Origin: a virus
Taxonomy: Duplodnaviria; Caudoviricetes
Length of the DNA stretch: 63,364 nt
Virus record (IMG/VR): IMGVR_UViG_3300033978_000202
Location: 1-63,364 of that record
Strand: one strand, 5' to 3'
In this document: piece after piece, positions 1-8,210 of the stretch
How the letters are laid out: each line of letters begins with the position of its first letter
Position numbering within the stretch: the first letter of the stretch is position 1
Notes under the pieces: model-generated
What the model saw: the letters and a program-made list of their open reading frames with translations, nothing else
What the model was told of the DNA's origin: nothing
Database searches by the model: none
Translations under genes and position numbers: made by a program

Positions 1-230
1 ATATACCGGTTTTGCGCAGATGGACCCGATCCGAAAACGACTTTGTTTTGAAGGGGTGGGGGTCTGAAATGGTCGGGCTCTTGCGGATTTTTTGCCTTTT
101 TCCCTCCTGCTCCTGCGCCCTGCTCCTGCTCCCTGTCTTGCGTCCGCTCCTCCTCCCCTCCGGTCCTCCGGTTACCGGTCACCGGCTGCCGGTCCTCCTC
201 CGGTTGCGCCCCTCCTCCCCTCCGCCCTGT
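1..230. repeat. Left copy of direct terminal repeat (or assembly overlap of a circular contig)
   Basis: 1-230 matches 63129-63364 except for one fewer CTGCTC hexamer; strongly C/T-skewed. Confidence 0.95.
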
Positions 231-244
231 GTCTTCAAAGACAC
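229..244 (+). repeat. 16-bp quasi-palindrome GTGTCTTCAAAGACAC, copy 1 of 8
   Basis: Exact motif; 7-bp inverted arms around CA. Confidence 0.9.
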
Positions 245-399
245 TAAAAAGAATTAAGAGAAGACGAGAGGAGCGAGGCTACCTCCCCTCCCCTGTCTGA
301 ATGTGCAAACAATTGACAGGGATTGAACACAGGTTAAACATCTGAAAAACAGAACGTGGAAAACGTGTGAAAAATAATTTTGAAAAAAAGTAAATAAAA

Positions 400-430
400 T
401 TTGGAATGAACGAGAATTGAACTATATTTG
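400..430 (+). promoter_or_regulatory. Bacteroidota primary-sigma promoter (early P1)
   Basis: TTTG(400-403)-N19-TATATTTG(423-430), 20 nt upstream of ATG 450. Confidence 0.8.
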
Positions 431-449
431 ATAAAATTTTATACACACT

Positions 450-1037
450 ATGAGCAATCTACTACGAATCGAGGCTGACTTTCTCCGCAGGTCGGAGGTC
501 GCTTCAGCCCTGCGCTTGCAGGAGGTGCGCACGATACAGCGCACCATCACCAACGCAAAGAAGAAAAAATTTGAGCAATCTCTCGCCCTGTCTCAGCACG
601 TAAGCGCAGCGTTCACGTGGTTCAAGTCTGACGAGGGTCAGGCAAAGTTCAGGGAGGAGGGCATCTCGTGGACGGCTGAAGACTTTGGGCTCAAGGTCTT
701 CGGATGGCAAAAGTCATTTTTTTACAAGATGGTCAAGGTCGCTGCTGTACCTGCTGAGGTAGTCGAGCGCTACAGCGCACAGGCTGACGAGAGTGGCGAA
801 GATGCTCAGCGCTCAGTCGAGGAGCTCCTCAGTTTTGCAAGGGCTGCGGAAAGTGGCACAGATGGCGGTGGAGAAGATGCTCAGCCACGTGCTGAGGTAG
901 TGCTCAGCCTGTCGTTCAATCATCCTGACGGAAAGGTCACCCTGAAAATTGATGATGCAGGGCAGGTGAAAATCAAAGGGGCTGAGAGTCTCGAGCAGGT
1001 GCGCAACGTATTAAACCAATTTCTAAACCAATTCTAA
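450..1037 (+). CDS. Early hypothetical protein, possible HTH DNA-binding protein (195 aa)
   Basis: First ORF after P1; segment AEDFGLKVFGWQKSFFYKMVKVA is HTH-like; leader ATACACACT-ATG shared with next gene. Confidence 0.6.
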   Translation: MSNLLRIEADFLRRSEVASALRLQEVRTIQRTITNAKKKKFEQSLALSQHVSAAFTWFKSDEGQAKFREEGISWTAEDFGLKVFGWQKSFFYKMVKVAAVPAEVVERYSAQADESGEDAQRSVEELLSFARAAESGTDGGGEDAQPRAEVVLSLSFNHPDGKVTLKIDDAGQVKIKGAESLEQVRNVLNQFLNQF

Positions 1038-1049
1038 ACCATACACACT

Positions 1050-1931
1050 ATGCAAACAGGTATCATCTACAGAAACACAGGAGAGCGTTCACGTGGTCAG
1101 ATAGCGCACTATCACGGAAAGCCATCACCCCTGCATCACGGCAAGACTCCGCACAGGGCTGACATCGCAGGGCTCAAGAAAGCCGAACAGCGCAACGTGC
1201 TGCATTTTGACGGCAGCGAGTACAGCAGCAGGTTCACCATCGGCTTCGAGATTGAGAAAAACAGCCTACACAGGGCAGCGGTGAAAGAGTATCCGCTCCT
1301 GTGCGGTTTCGAGCGTGACGGCTCGTGCGGTTACGAGGCGGTGACCCACATTTTGCCCCTCCTCCCTGCAGGTCAGTGGCGCAACAAGGTCTTCGACCTG
1401 TTCGTACAGGCTGAGAAGATTATTGATGACAGGTACAGCCCCTCAGACAAAAAATGTGGCGGTCACATCACAGTGGCTGTGCAAGGGCTGACAGGTGACG
1501 AGCTCAGGGAGAAAATCCGCAAGAACTGCGGTATCATCCTCGCCCTGTTCCGTAAGCGGCTCGATAACAGCTACTGCAATCACAACAGGAGGCTGCAGGG
1601 TAACAATGAGAGCAGCCACGCAGGTGGGTGGCATCACAAGTATCAGACAGCCCTCGTAAAGGGCAACACGCTTGAGTTTCGCCTCCCCTCACGTGTCGAG
1701 AGTGTCAAGCAAATGATTCGCAGGTACGAGCTGTTTTACGAGGTGGTGAACTTTTCAATCAACAGCCCGAGCGGTAGCCACGATGCACTGCTCAAGCGCA
1801 TCGACCCCATCATCCTGTCAATGTACAACGGAGACAGGGCTAAGGCTGACGAGGTGCTGCGCCTATCAAAGCATTTCCGCAAGTACATCATCACAGGGGA
1901 GAGACATCAGGACATCATCCCCTTTGTCTGA
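1050..1931 (+). CDS. Putative amidoligase (COOH-NH2 ligase, glutamine synthetase fold)
   Basis: Motifs TIGFEIE, DGSCGYE, CGGHITV, TLEFR. Confidence 0.75.
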   Translation: MQTGIIYRNTGERSRGQIAHYHGKPSPLHHGKTPHRADIAGLKKAEQRNVLHFDGSEYSSRFTIGFEIEKNSLHRAAVKEYPLLCGFERDGSCGYEAVTHILPLLPAGQWRNKVFDLFVQAEKIIDDRYSPSDKKCGGHITVAVQGLTGDELREKIRKNCGIILALFRKRLDNSYCNHNRRLQGNNESSHAGGWHHKYQTALVKGNTLEFRLPSRVESVKQMIRRYELFYEVVNFSINSPSGSHDALLKRIDPIILSMYNGDRAKADEVLRLSKHFRKYIITGERHQDIIPFV

Positions 1932-1944
1932 GGGGAGAGGGGCG

Positions 1945-1960
1945 GTGTCTTCAAAGACAC
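1945..1960 (+). repeat. 16-bp quasi-palindrome, copy 2
   Basis: Exact GTGTCTTCAAAGACAC, intergenic, 6 nt before hammerhead 1. Confidence 0.9.
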
Positions 1961-1966
1961 TGCTCC

Positions 1967-2019
1967 TGCTGTCTCAGCGTGTGTGCGCTGACTGACGAGC
2001 TCCAAAGAGCGAAACAGCA
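1967..2019 (+). ncRNA. Type III hammerhead ribozyme (predicted cleavage after C1973)
   Basis: Stem III TGCTGT/ACAGCA; GUC site; stem I TCAGCG/CGCTGA with loop TGTGTG; core CTGACGA 1992-1998; stem II GCTC-CAAA-GAGC; GAAA 2011-2014. Confidence 0.93.
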
Positions 2020-2040
2020 AACCATAAAAATCTAAACACA

Positions 2041-2274
2041 ATGACAAAGCAAACCATCCTCACCATCATCCTTGCCATCATCCCATCTTATCTGTCGCTG
2101 TTCTGTTCAGCGCAGGGGGCAACCATCCTGCTGTGCGCAACCACAATGATCGGGATTATCATCACAGGTGCGCTCAGTGACGAGCACAAACTGACGGACA
2201 AACTTCGCTTAGCGTGGATACTGCACTTGCTTAGTGTGTGCGGTGCGGTAGCCTTTCACAATATCGCAGGTTAA
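2041..2274 (+). CDS. Small hydrophobic membrane protein (77 aa) between two hammerheads
   Basis: 2-3 hydrophobic segments; A-rich leader like neighbouring genes; TAA stop lies in stem I of hammerhead 2. Confidence 0.7.
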   Translation: MTKQTILTIILAIIPSYLSLFCSAQGATILLCATTMIGIIITGALSDEHKLTDKLRLAWILHLLSVCGAVAFHNIAG

Positions 2275-2329
2275 CTGACGAGCTGTGAATCAGCGAAACG
2301 GGAGCTCGCTCCCGTCTTAACCAAATTGT
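2258..2329 (+). ncRNA. Type I hammerhead ribozyme (predicted cleavage after C2316)
   Basis: Stem I GGTTAA/TTAACC, extended by ACAAT/ATTGT past an internal loop; core CTGACGA 2275-2281; stem II GCTG-TGAAT-CAGC; GAAA; stem III ACGGGAG-CTCG-CTCCCGT; GUC site. Confidence 0.93.
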
Positions 2330-2336
2330 AAGCACT

Positions 2337-2882
2337 ATGCGCAAAATCACAGAGCAAATCGTGCGCTCTTTCCTGAGAGGAGAGAATCGCACCATCGGCA
2401 ACAGCCGGAGCGAGAACGGGTCGCTGTTCCTGTTCGACAATCGTATCGCTGAGTACAGAGGCAGCGAGTTATGGATAACCAACGCAGGGTGGACAAGCAA
2501 TACCACAAAGGAGCGGCTCAACGCCCTTCCCGGGGTTCGCATCCATCAGCGCAGAGGCGAGTGGTATCTGAACGACATTGCGTGGGATGGTGGATGGGTT
2601 CACGTGGGGTCGTACACAGGCAGCGTGGATGAGGAGGTGGAATTTGATATGACAAGCAGGTGGATGGACGCAGGGTACAGCAGACCAAATTATGCGGTGT
2701 TCCATACCCATAACGAAGCGGAGCTGAGCCAAATCGAGTTCATCCTGAACGAGGCAGGGATACCAAATCGCAGACACGAGACAGACACAGATGGTCGGTG
2801 GCTGCCCAACCACTTCATCGTGGTGCTGCCTCAAGATATTGACAATTCAGTCGCATTAATCACTAAAAATCTATACCAATGA
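2337..2882 (+). CDS. Phage hypothetical protein (181 aa)
   Basis: Long ORF in early operon; GWTSNTTKERLNAL resembles a common phage early-protein motif. Confidence 0.75.
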   Translation: MRKITEQIVRSFLRGENRTIGNSRSENGSLFLFDNRIAEYRGSELWITNAGWTSNTTKERLNALPGVRIHQRRGEWYLNDIAWDGGWVHVGSYTGSVDEEVEFDMTSRWMDAGYSRPNYAVFHTHNEAELSQIEFILNEAGIPNRRHETDTDGRWLPNHFIVVLPQDIDNSVALITKNLYQ

Positions 2883-3256
2883 TTAGAATCATCCGAGAGG
2901 CACGTATTGAGCATTGCACTGAGTACTCTCTCAACTTCGACACAGACAGAAACGGAGGCTATGCCTTCGACTGCAATCACAAAGGCGAGGTGTTTGATAT
3001 ATCACCCGAGGGTCAGCGCAACTATGAGCGCTGCCTGAGCGGTGAGGTCAAGACTATTCGCCCCCCATACATCAGAGAGCGCAACTACACAAAGCATACC
3101 TATGCGGTAGGTGAGTGCTACTGCGGTGCGCCTGTAGAGCTACAGCCCGACAGCGAAGGGCTGTGCTATTGTCACTGCGGACAGGGCTATAACACAGCAG
3201 GACAGAGCATACGCCCACGCTCAGAGTGGGAGGAGAGATATGAGGATGACTATTAA
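2879..3256 (+). CDS. Hypothetical Cys-rich, probably Zn-binding protein
   Basis: CYCG...CHCG pairs; ATGA overlap with upstream ORF. Confidence 0.7.
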   Translation: MIRIIREARIEHCTEYSLNFDTDRNGGYAFDCNHKGEVFDISPEGQRNYERCLSGEVKTIRPPYIRERNYTKHTYAVGECYCGAPVELQPDSEGLCYCHCGQGYNTAGQSIRPRSEWEERYEDDY

Positions 3257-3275
3257 TAAACCAAACCAAAGCAAT

Positions 3276-3434
3276 ATGGAGCGTGAGTTTTTATACAAAG
3301 TTTTCTATGGTAAGGTGCTCGTCAAAACTATAGTCGCCCACACAAGGTGGGAGGCAATTGAGTTAGTCTATAGCAGACTGATTGGCGAGTATCCTCACCT
3401 CATTCGGAGTCAGTTTAAGGCAAAAAGAATTTGA
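3276..3434 (+). CDS. Small hypothetical protein
   Basis: Start moved to MEREF after an A-rich leader. Confidence 0.55.
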   Translation: MEREFLYKVFYGKVLVKTIVAHTRWEAIELVYSRLIGEYPHLIRSQFKAKRI

Positions 3435-3460
3435 TATGTTCAGAAATTGTCGTATCTTTG
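3430..3460 (+). promoter_or_regulatory. Bacteroidota primary-sigma promoter (early P2)
   Basis: TTTG(3430-3433)-N19-TATCTTTG(3453-3460). Confidence 0.8.
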
Positions 3461-3488
3461 TCTATCTTTAGTTCATTAATCGGGTTCT

Positions 3489-3504
3489 GTGTCTTCAAAG
3501 ACAC
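3489..3504 (+). repeat. 16-bp quasi-palindrome, copy 3
   Basis: Exact motif in the leader between P2 and ATG 3525. Confidence 0.9.
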
Positions 3505-3524
3505 TGCCCACAAACCTAAACACT

Positions 3525-4625
3525 ATGTGCGTAATCATTATCAAGCAACAGGGTCAGCGCCTACCCAAAGAGGTCGCAAAGACATCAGGCAGGGTCAATC
3601 CTCACGGACTCGGGGTCATTTGGATGGACACGTTTGAGATAACTTATCACAAGTCGAAAGACTACAAGGTGCTCGACACAGAGCGCCCTTTCATTGCCCA
3701 CTTCAGGTACGCCACAGTGGGTGCAATCGGCATCGAGAACACGCACCCATTCCCCTGCGGTGCAAACAAAAATGAGTGGCTGATGATGAACGGCACAATC
3801 TATGGTAAGGGCAACAAGACTGAGTGTGACACGAAGGTGCTCGCTCGGGAGCTCGGCAACAAGCCACGCCACACGTGGAAGAAAGAGCTCGAGCAATACC
3901 CCTGCAGGTTCGTATCAGTCAACGTGCGTAATCGCAGCTACCAAATCTATAACAAAGAGCTGTGGGTTCAGAGGGATGGTATATGGTACAGCAAAGCCAA
4001 CGTGCTCGAGGAGCATCTCGTGGCTGTCTATGGGACGCTCAAGAAGGGTCACGGCAACTACTATCATCACCTGACTGAGAGCAAGTTCATCGGCAAGGGT
4101 GTAACCAAAGACAAGTATCCGCTCATCGTAGAGGGGCTGCCATATTTAATCGAGGAGAAGGGCAAGGGCTACAATGTAGAGGTCGAGGTGTTCAAGGTTG
4201 ACGATGACACGTTCAAAGACCTTGATGCGCTTGAGGGGCATCCAAATTGGTATCAGCGTAAGCAGATACCTGTCAAGCTAAAGGATGGCAAGGTTCTCAC
4301 CTGTTGGGTGTACTTCAATCCGACCAAGACAAGCAAAGGTCGCAAGATGCACAAGTCGTACACAGGTCAGAGCTACCGGCAAGAGCCTGCGAAATCGTGG
4401 CAGCCTGCGTTCACATTTTGGGAGCCACAGCGCACAATTGACGAGCCGATAGTTGACGAGCTGCAGCTACCTGACGACCAAGAGTTCACCGTAGCTGAGG
4501 AGTGCCCTGTCTGTATCAATTGTTTCAACGACCTTGAGCACGACTTCTATGGCAACTACTACTGCAAAGCCTGTGGTGAGTGGTTCAGTGAGAATGAAAT
4601 CATTAAATTCGGATGCGCAAACTAA
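3525..4625 (+). CDS. Class II glutamine amidotransferase fused to gamma-glutamylcyclotransferase-like domain and C-terminal Zn ribbon
   Basis: Start moved to Met-Cys (MCVII, Ntn nucleophile); NPHGLG, HFRYAT, NTHPF, MNG; VYGTLKKG and LDALEG (GGCT); CxxC motifs. Confidence 0.85.
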   Translation: MCVIIIKQQGQRLPKEVAKTSGRVNPHGLGVIWMDTFEITYHKSKDYKVLDTERPFIAHFRYATVGAIGIENTHPFPCGANKNEWLMMNGTIYGKGNKTECDTKVLARELGNKPRHTWKKELEQYPCRFVSVNVRNRSYQIYNKELWVQRDGIWYSKANVLEEHLVAVYGTLKKGHGNYYHHLTESKFIGKGVTKDKYPLIVEGLPYLIEEKGKGYNVEVEVFKVDDDTFKDLDALEGHPNWYQRKQIPVKLKDGKVLTCWVYFNPTKTSKGRKMHKSYTGQSYRQEPAKSWQPAFTFWEPQRTIDEPIVDELQLPDDQEFTVAEECPVCINCFNDLEHDFYGNYYCKACGEWFSENEIIKFGCAN

Positions 4626-4630
4626 ATACT

Positions 4631-4822
4631 ATGGCACACATAATAATCCAAGAACAAGAAAACAGAATGGTGAGAATCGACATCGAAGGAGAAGAGAAAG
4701 TACTTGCGTCTATCATAGCTTCGGCTATAATGAAAGACCCACACTTCGGTATCCTCGTGCTGTCGGCACTTGCTGTAATCGCTGAAGAGCAAACTAAATT
4801 CCCTGACATAAACCCAAATTAA
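4631..4822 (+). CDS. Small hypothetical protein
   Basis: Tightly packed ORF; AAATACT-ATG leader. Confidence 0.55.
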   Translation: MAHIIIQEQENRMVRIDIEGEEKVLASIIASAIMKDPHFGILVLSALAVIAEEQTKFPDINPN

Positions 4823-4827
4823 AAGCT

Positions 4828-5028
4828 ATGACACAGCCAATGGACGAACAAGAAAGACTGATGCTAATTCAGCATCTTATTGACAGACTTCTTTACCTTG
4901 AGGAAGAAAAGCGAAAGGAGTTCTTATCTTATCTCGATGCACTATACTGCGTGTATCCTATACCAAGAGAAATCAAATATGGTAAGGACGCTTTCATCGG
5001 TGCTGATAATTGTGACGAAAATTTTTAA
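4828..5028 (+). CDS. Small hypothetical protein
   Basis: Tightly packed ORF. Confidence 0.55.
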   Translation: MTQPMDEQERLMLIQHLIDRLLYLEEEKRKEFLSYLDALYCVYPIPREIKYGKDAFIGADNCDENF

Positions 5029-5031
5029 GCT

Positions 5032-5406
5032 ATGGAAAGACAATTACTTGAAGACATCTTTGTTACTGCCCTCGAAGGGGGCAGTAACTATTGGTATCAC
5101 ATCACCGCTGAGACCAATCAGAAAATCAGAAAGGCTGTGCCACGTAGTGAAGACCCTTACTTAGCAACAGCTATGCTCACCGCAATTCTTGATCACGGAG
5201 TGAGCGTAGAGATACACGATGCTGAGAATCCCGACGAGGTTCTCGGGGTGCTGAGCTACGAGAGAATCAAAGAGCAGCTCGAAGACATCGACAGACACCT
5301 TGACTACAGATGGGCGCTTGAGGCGCACCAAGATGAGGTCGGAGATGCAGAGAGCGCAGACATCGTATTCCAATACCTTGTAATGGGAGACGTATGGTTC
5401 TCGTAA
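5032..5406 (+). CDS. Acidic phage hypothetical protein (124 aa)
   Basis: ALEGGSNYW and DAESADIVFQ segments; operon packing. Confidence 0.7.
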   Translation: MERQLLEDIFVTALEGGSNYWYHITAETNQKIRKAVPRSEDPYLATAMLTAILDHGVSVEIHDAENPDEVLGVLSYERIKEQLEDIDRHLDYRWALEAHQDEVGDAESADIVFQYLVMGDVWFS

Positions 5407-5552
5407 CAGCCAAGTGGATACGCTGCATAGCGTGCAGACGTATGTTCACACAGACAATCTACAAGAGAAAGAAAAGTAAACCTGAGTGTCCACATTGTAA
5501 AAAGATTAATGATGATAGTTCAAACCATACACGAAATCCTAAATCCGTTTGA
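5394..5552 (+). CDS. Small Zn-ribbon protein (52 aa, below ORF-track cutoff)
   Basis: Manual translation MVLVTAKWIRCIACRRMFTQTIYKRKKSKPECPHCKK...; fills the apparent gap. Confidence 0.6.
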   Translation: MVLVTAKWIRCIACRRMFTQTIYKRKKSKPECPHCKKINDDSSNHTRNPKSV

Positions 5553-5739
5553 CGTGGAGACACCGCTCGGTACGGGCACAGCTCTGTTTCTGATAGCAGG
5601 TTCTATTCATTCCAATCCTCAGTTCATCGTACGACTTTACAATAGTGGAGCTGTACGGACTATTGACCAAACCGAAATCACTATCTACGGTAATCCAATG
5701 GACGGGCGTGGATGGGATATTAAATCAACCAATATATGA
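5509..5739 (+). CDS. Small hypothetical protein
   Basis: ORF in operon. Confidence 0.6.
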   Translation: MMIVQTIHEILNPFDVETPLGTGTALFLIAGSIHSNPQFIVRLYNSGAVRTIDQTEITIYGNPMDGRGWDIKSTNI

Positions 5740-5879
5740 AACAGAGAATCAAACTACTCGGGGAGCTTCTTTACTTCTTCTTTATCGCAACACCGGTATT
5801 CCTGCTGACCATAACAGCAATATACGTGGGGTTCTTTTTCTACGATACCTATAACCTGATAAAAAAAATTAGGAAATAG
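5736..5879 (+). CDS. Small single-pass membrane protein (47 aa, not in ORF track)
   Basis: Manual translation MKQRIKLLGELLYFFFIATPVFLLTITAIYVGFFFY...; ATGA overlap. Confidence 0.5.
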   Translation: MKQRIKLLGELLYFFFIATPVFLLTITAIYVGFFFYDTYNLIKKIRK

Positions 5880-5923
5880 AAAAGTTTTATACTAATTTTG
5901 TACCAAATCTAATCAAATTAACA

Positions 5924-6151
5924 ATGAAAAAAGAAACATTTATCAACAGCGGTCGCATCACAGACCTCAAGACATTCCTCAATTTAAGACCCAATGAAGC
6001 CCTGCAATTTGACTGCACAGATGTTGTGCTGTACGAGGATGGGCACTACATTCAGGTACTCAAGACCGGTCACTTCTTCTATGACGGTTTTGCTGACAAG
6101 AAATTGGATAATGTAGAAGAATTTATGTGGAAAAAAATTGACATTAATTAA
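5924..6151 (+). CDS. Small hypothetical protein
   Basis: Preceded by TAATTTTG (5893-5900), a possible -7 element. Confidence 0.6.
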   Translation: MKKETFINSGRITDLKTFLNLRPNEALQFDCTDVVLYEDGHYIQVLKTGHFFYDGFADKKLDNVEEFMWKKIDIN

Positions 6152-6189
6152 ACAAATTAACTTATCTTAGCAGACCTAAATCAAATCAA

Positions 6190-6492
6190 ATGAAAAGTGA
6201 CATCTTCTATCAGTACGTGGAGAGAATCACAGAGCTGTTCAGAATACAAAAAGAAGAGCTGTTCTCCAAATCAAAACGCAGAGACCTTGTCGATGCGAGA
6301 TACTTGCTTTACTACCTATGCTACAAACGCCCGATGAGCCTGAGCTATATCCAAAAGTATATGAGCGAGAACGGCTACTTCATCCGGCACTCTTCAGTTA
6401 TCTACGGTATCAACACCGTAATCGAAAGAGTGAAAGAGGACAGCGACTATATGCAAGTCGTTAAGGACATCGAGAAGGCTGTATTCATTTAA
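6190..6492 (+). CDS. Stand-alone DnaA C-terminal (domain IV)-like HTH protein
   Basis: SKSKRRDLVDARYLLYYL...SLSYI...RHSSVIYG. Confidence 0.75.
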   Translation: MKSDIFYQYVERITELFRIQKEELFSKSKRRDLVDARYLLYYLCYKRPMSLSYIQKYMSENGYFIRHSSVIYGINTVIERVKEDSDYMQVVKDIEKAVFI

Positions 6493-6513
6493 CCAACACA
6501 CATACCTAAAACT

Positions 6514-7134
6514 ATGGCAAACGAAAACAAATCCGTTTACGGTACGCTGTCGTCCATAAGCGTCAAGGACAAGATCGAAAGGAAAGGCAACCTCGACTAC
6601 CTGTCGTGGGCAAATGCTTGGTCAATGCTCAAGTCAAACTATCCTGATGCGCAGCGCATCGTGTACGAGAACTCAGATGGGATGAACTACTTTACAGATG
6701 GCACGAGCTGTTGGGTAAAGGTCGGCATCGTAGTGGGAGGCATCGAGCACATCGACTACCTGCCCATTATGGACTTCAAGAACAATTCAATTCCTCTCGC
6801 AAAGCTCACGTCAACTGACGTAACCAAAGCAATTCAGCGAAGCACAGCCAAAGCAATCGCAATGCACGGACTCGGACTTTCTTTGTGGACGGGTGAAGAC
6901 CTGCCTGAGATGGTGACTGAGTCTCCAAAGAAAGCTGCTGCTGAGAAATCCTCAGCTCCTGCTGTAGGCGCTGAGTTAATCGAACTCAAGAAGGGCACAG
7001 CCAATTGGGATGCGGTGGTGAAATATGTTGAGGCGAACAAGAAGCTCGGCATCGAGGCAATTGGGAAGCAGCTCATCCGCAAGTACAAAATTTCTCCTGC
7101 ACTTAAAAAAGAAATCGCTGAACTATGCAAGTAA
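6514..7134 (+). CDS. Sak3/DUF1071-like single-strand annealing protein
   Basis: LDYLSWANAW, YLPIMDFKN, IQRSTAKAIAMHGLGLSLWTGEDLP. Confidence 0.85.
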   Translation: MANENKSVYGTLSSISVKDKIERKGNLDYLSWANAWSMLKSNYPDAQRIVYENSDGMNYFTDGTSCWVKVGIVVGGIEHIDYLPIMDFKNNSIPLAKLTSTDVTKAIQRSTAKAIAMHGLGLSLWTGEDLPEMVTESPKKAAAEKSSAPAVGAELIELKKGTANWDAVVKYVEANKKLGIEAIGKQLIRKYKISPALKKEIAELCK

Positions 7135-7856
7135 TCAACCAACTAAGAGACGACCACGAGTACTATCGTGGCGTGGGTAAAAACTACTTATCCAACTCAG
7201 ACATCGGGGCGCTACTCACCAACCCTAAAGCGTTTCGTCAAGACAGAGAAGACAACAAGAGCTTTGCCGAAGGCAGGCTCTTTCATCAGCTCCTTCTTGA
7301 GCCTGAGAAGGTGGACAAGGTGACGAGCGTTGACGTGAGCAGTCGCAACACCAAAGAGTATAAGAAATTCGTTGAAGAGAATGGGCTTGACTTTGCACTA
7401 CTGACCAAGGAGGTGGAGGAAGTCCACAACCTTGTGGCTGTAATCAAATCGAACATTGCTTTCTACGATGACATCTATGCTGATGGTAACGTGTACGAGG
7501 AGCCGGCAATCGGTACAATCAAAGGCGTGGAATGGAAGGGAAAGGCTGACATCGTAACGGCTGACTGCATCATCGACCTGAAGACTACGAGCGACATCAA
7601 TAAGTTTAAGTGGAGCGCCAAGGCGTATCACTACGACTCTCAGTGCTACATCTATCAGCAGTTATTCGGTAAGCCTCTTGTCTTCTACGCAATCGACAAG
7701 GAGACAGCGCAGCTCGGAATCTTTAGACCCACTGAGAACTTCATCAGAGGTGGCGAACTCAAAGTTGATCGGGCTATCGAGGTCTATCACAAGTACTTCG
7801 GACCGAACGCAACCGAGGATATTGACAACCATTATATTGACGAAACATTAGATTAA
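7125..7856 (+). CDS. RecE/ExoVIII-like PD-(D/E)XK exonuclease (DUF3799-like)
   Basis: LSNS, GRLFHQLLLEP, KGKAD...IIDLKTT, YDSQCYIY. Confidence 0.85.
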   Translation: MQVINQLRDDHEYYRGVGKNYLSNSDIGALLTNPKAFRQDREDNKSFAEGRLFHQLLLEPEKVDKVTSVDVSSRNTKEYKKFVEENGLDFALLTKEVEEVHNLVAVIKSNIAFYDDIYADGNVYEEPAIGTIKGVEWKGKADIVTADCIIDLKTTSDINKFKWSAKAYHYDSQCYIYQQLFGKPLVFYAIDKETAQLGIFRPTENFIRGGELKVDRAIEVYHKYFGPNATEDIDNHYIDETLD

Positions 7857-7867
7857 ACCCTACAATT

Positions 7868-8164
7868 ATGTCTGAACAGCAACAAGAAAGAATCTTTGCC
7901 GATGGTTTTATCATCAAGCGCAGAGACAATGCACCTGAATTTGTAATCGCAAACATCAGTGTAAAAGTGGACGAGGCTATTGCCTTTCTCCGCAAGTACG
8001 AGAAGAACGGATGGGTAAACCTAAACGCTAAGACCGGAAGGTCAGGTAATCCCTACATCGAGCTCGACACCTTCGAGCCAAAGGGTAAGGGTAGTGCTAA
8101 GCCAAAAGCAGCAGCACCTGAGCCTGCCTCTGAGCCGGAGGAAGATGGAGACCTACCCTTCTAA
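7868..8164 (+). CDS. Putative single-stranded DNA-binding protein
   Basis: Small beta-rich protein with acidic EEDGDLPF tail, downstream of annealase and exonuclease. Confidence 0.7.
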   Translation: MSEQQQERIFADGFIIKRRDNAPEFVIANISVKVDEAIAFLRKYEKNGWVNLNAKTGRSGNPYIELDTFEPKGKGSAKPKAAAPEPASEPEEDGDLPF

Positions 8165-8172
8165 ACCAAACT

Positions 8173-8202
8173 AAAGAGGGGGTATCAGCCCCCTCTTTTT
8201 TT
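8173..8202 (+). terminator. Intrinsic terminator
   Basis: AAAGAGGGGG-TATCAG-CCCCCTCTTT followed by T-run. Confidence 0.85.
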
Positions 8203-8210
8203 CTCTAAGC

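Noticed and set aside
12-257. ORFs in the terminal repeats (12-257 + and 63059-63316 -)
   Set aside because: Low-complexity translations of the C/T-rich repeat with no plausible leader
1846-1870. CTGACGA followed by a short stem; a similar CTGACGA occurs at 784
   Set aside because: No GAAA or stem III/NUH; both lie inside coding sequence
229-3504. The 16-bp repeats as a CRISPR array or att sites
   Set aside because: Spacing is kilobases and irregular; no cas, integrase or recombinase seen
3489-3524. GTG start for the GATase gene given by the ORF track
   Set aside because: It falls in the palindrome; class II GATases need N-terminal Cys, which gives ATG 3525
5411-5498. Alternative hairpins that looked like an RNA switch or ribozyme
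   Set aside because: The region is covered by a 52-aa CxxC..CxxC ORF (5394-5552), and no ribozyme core is present
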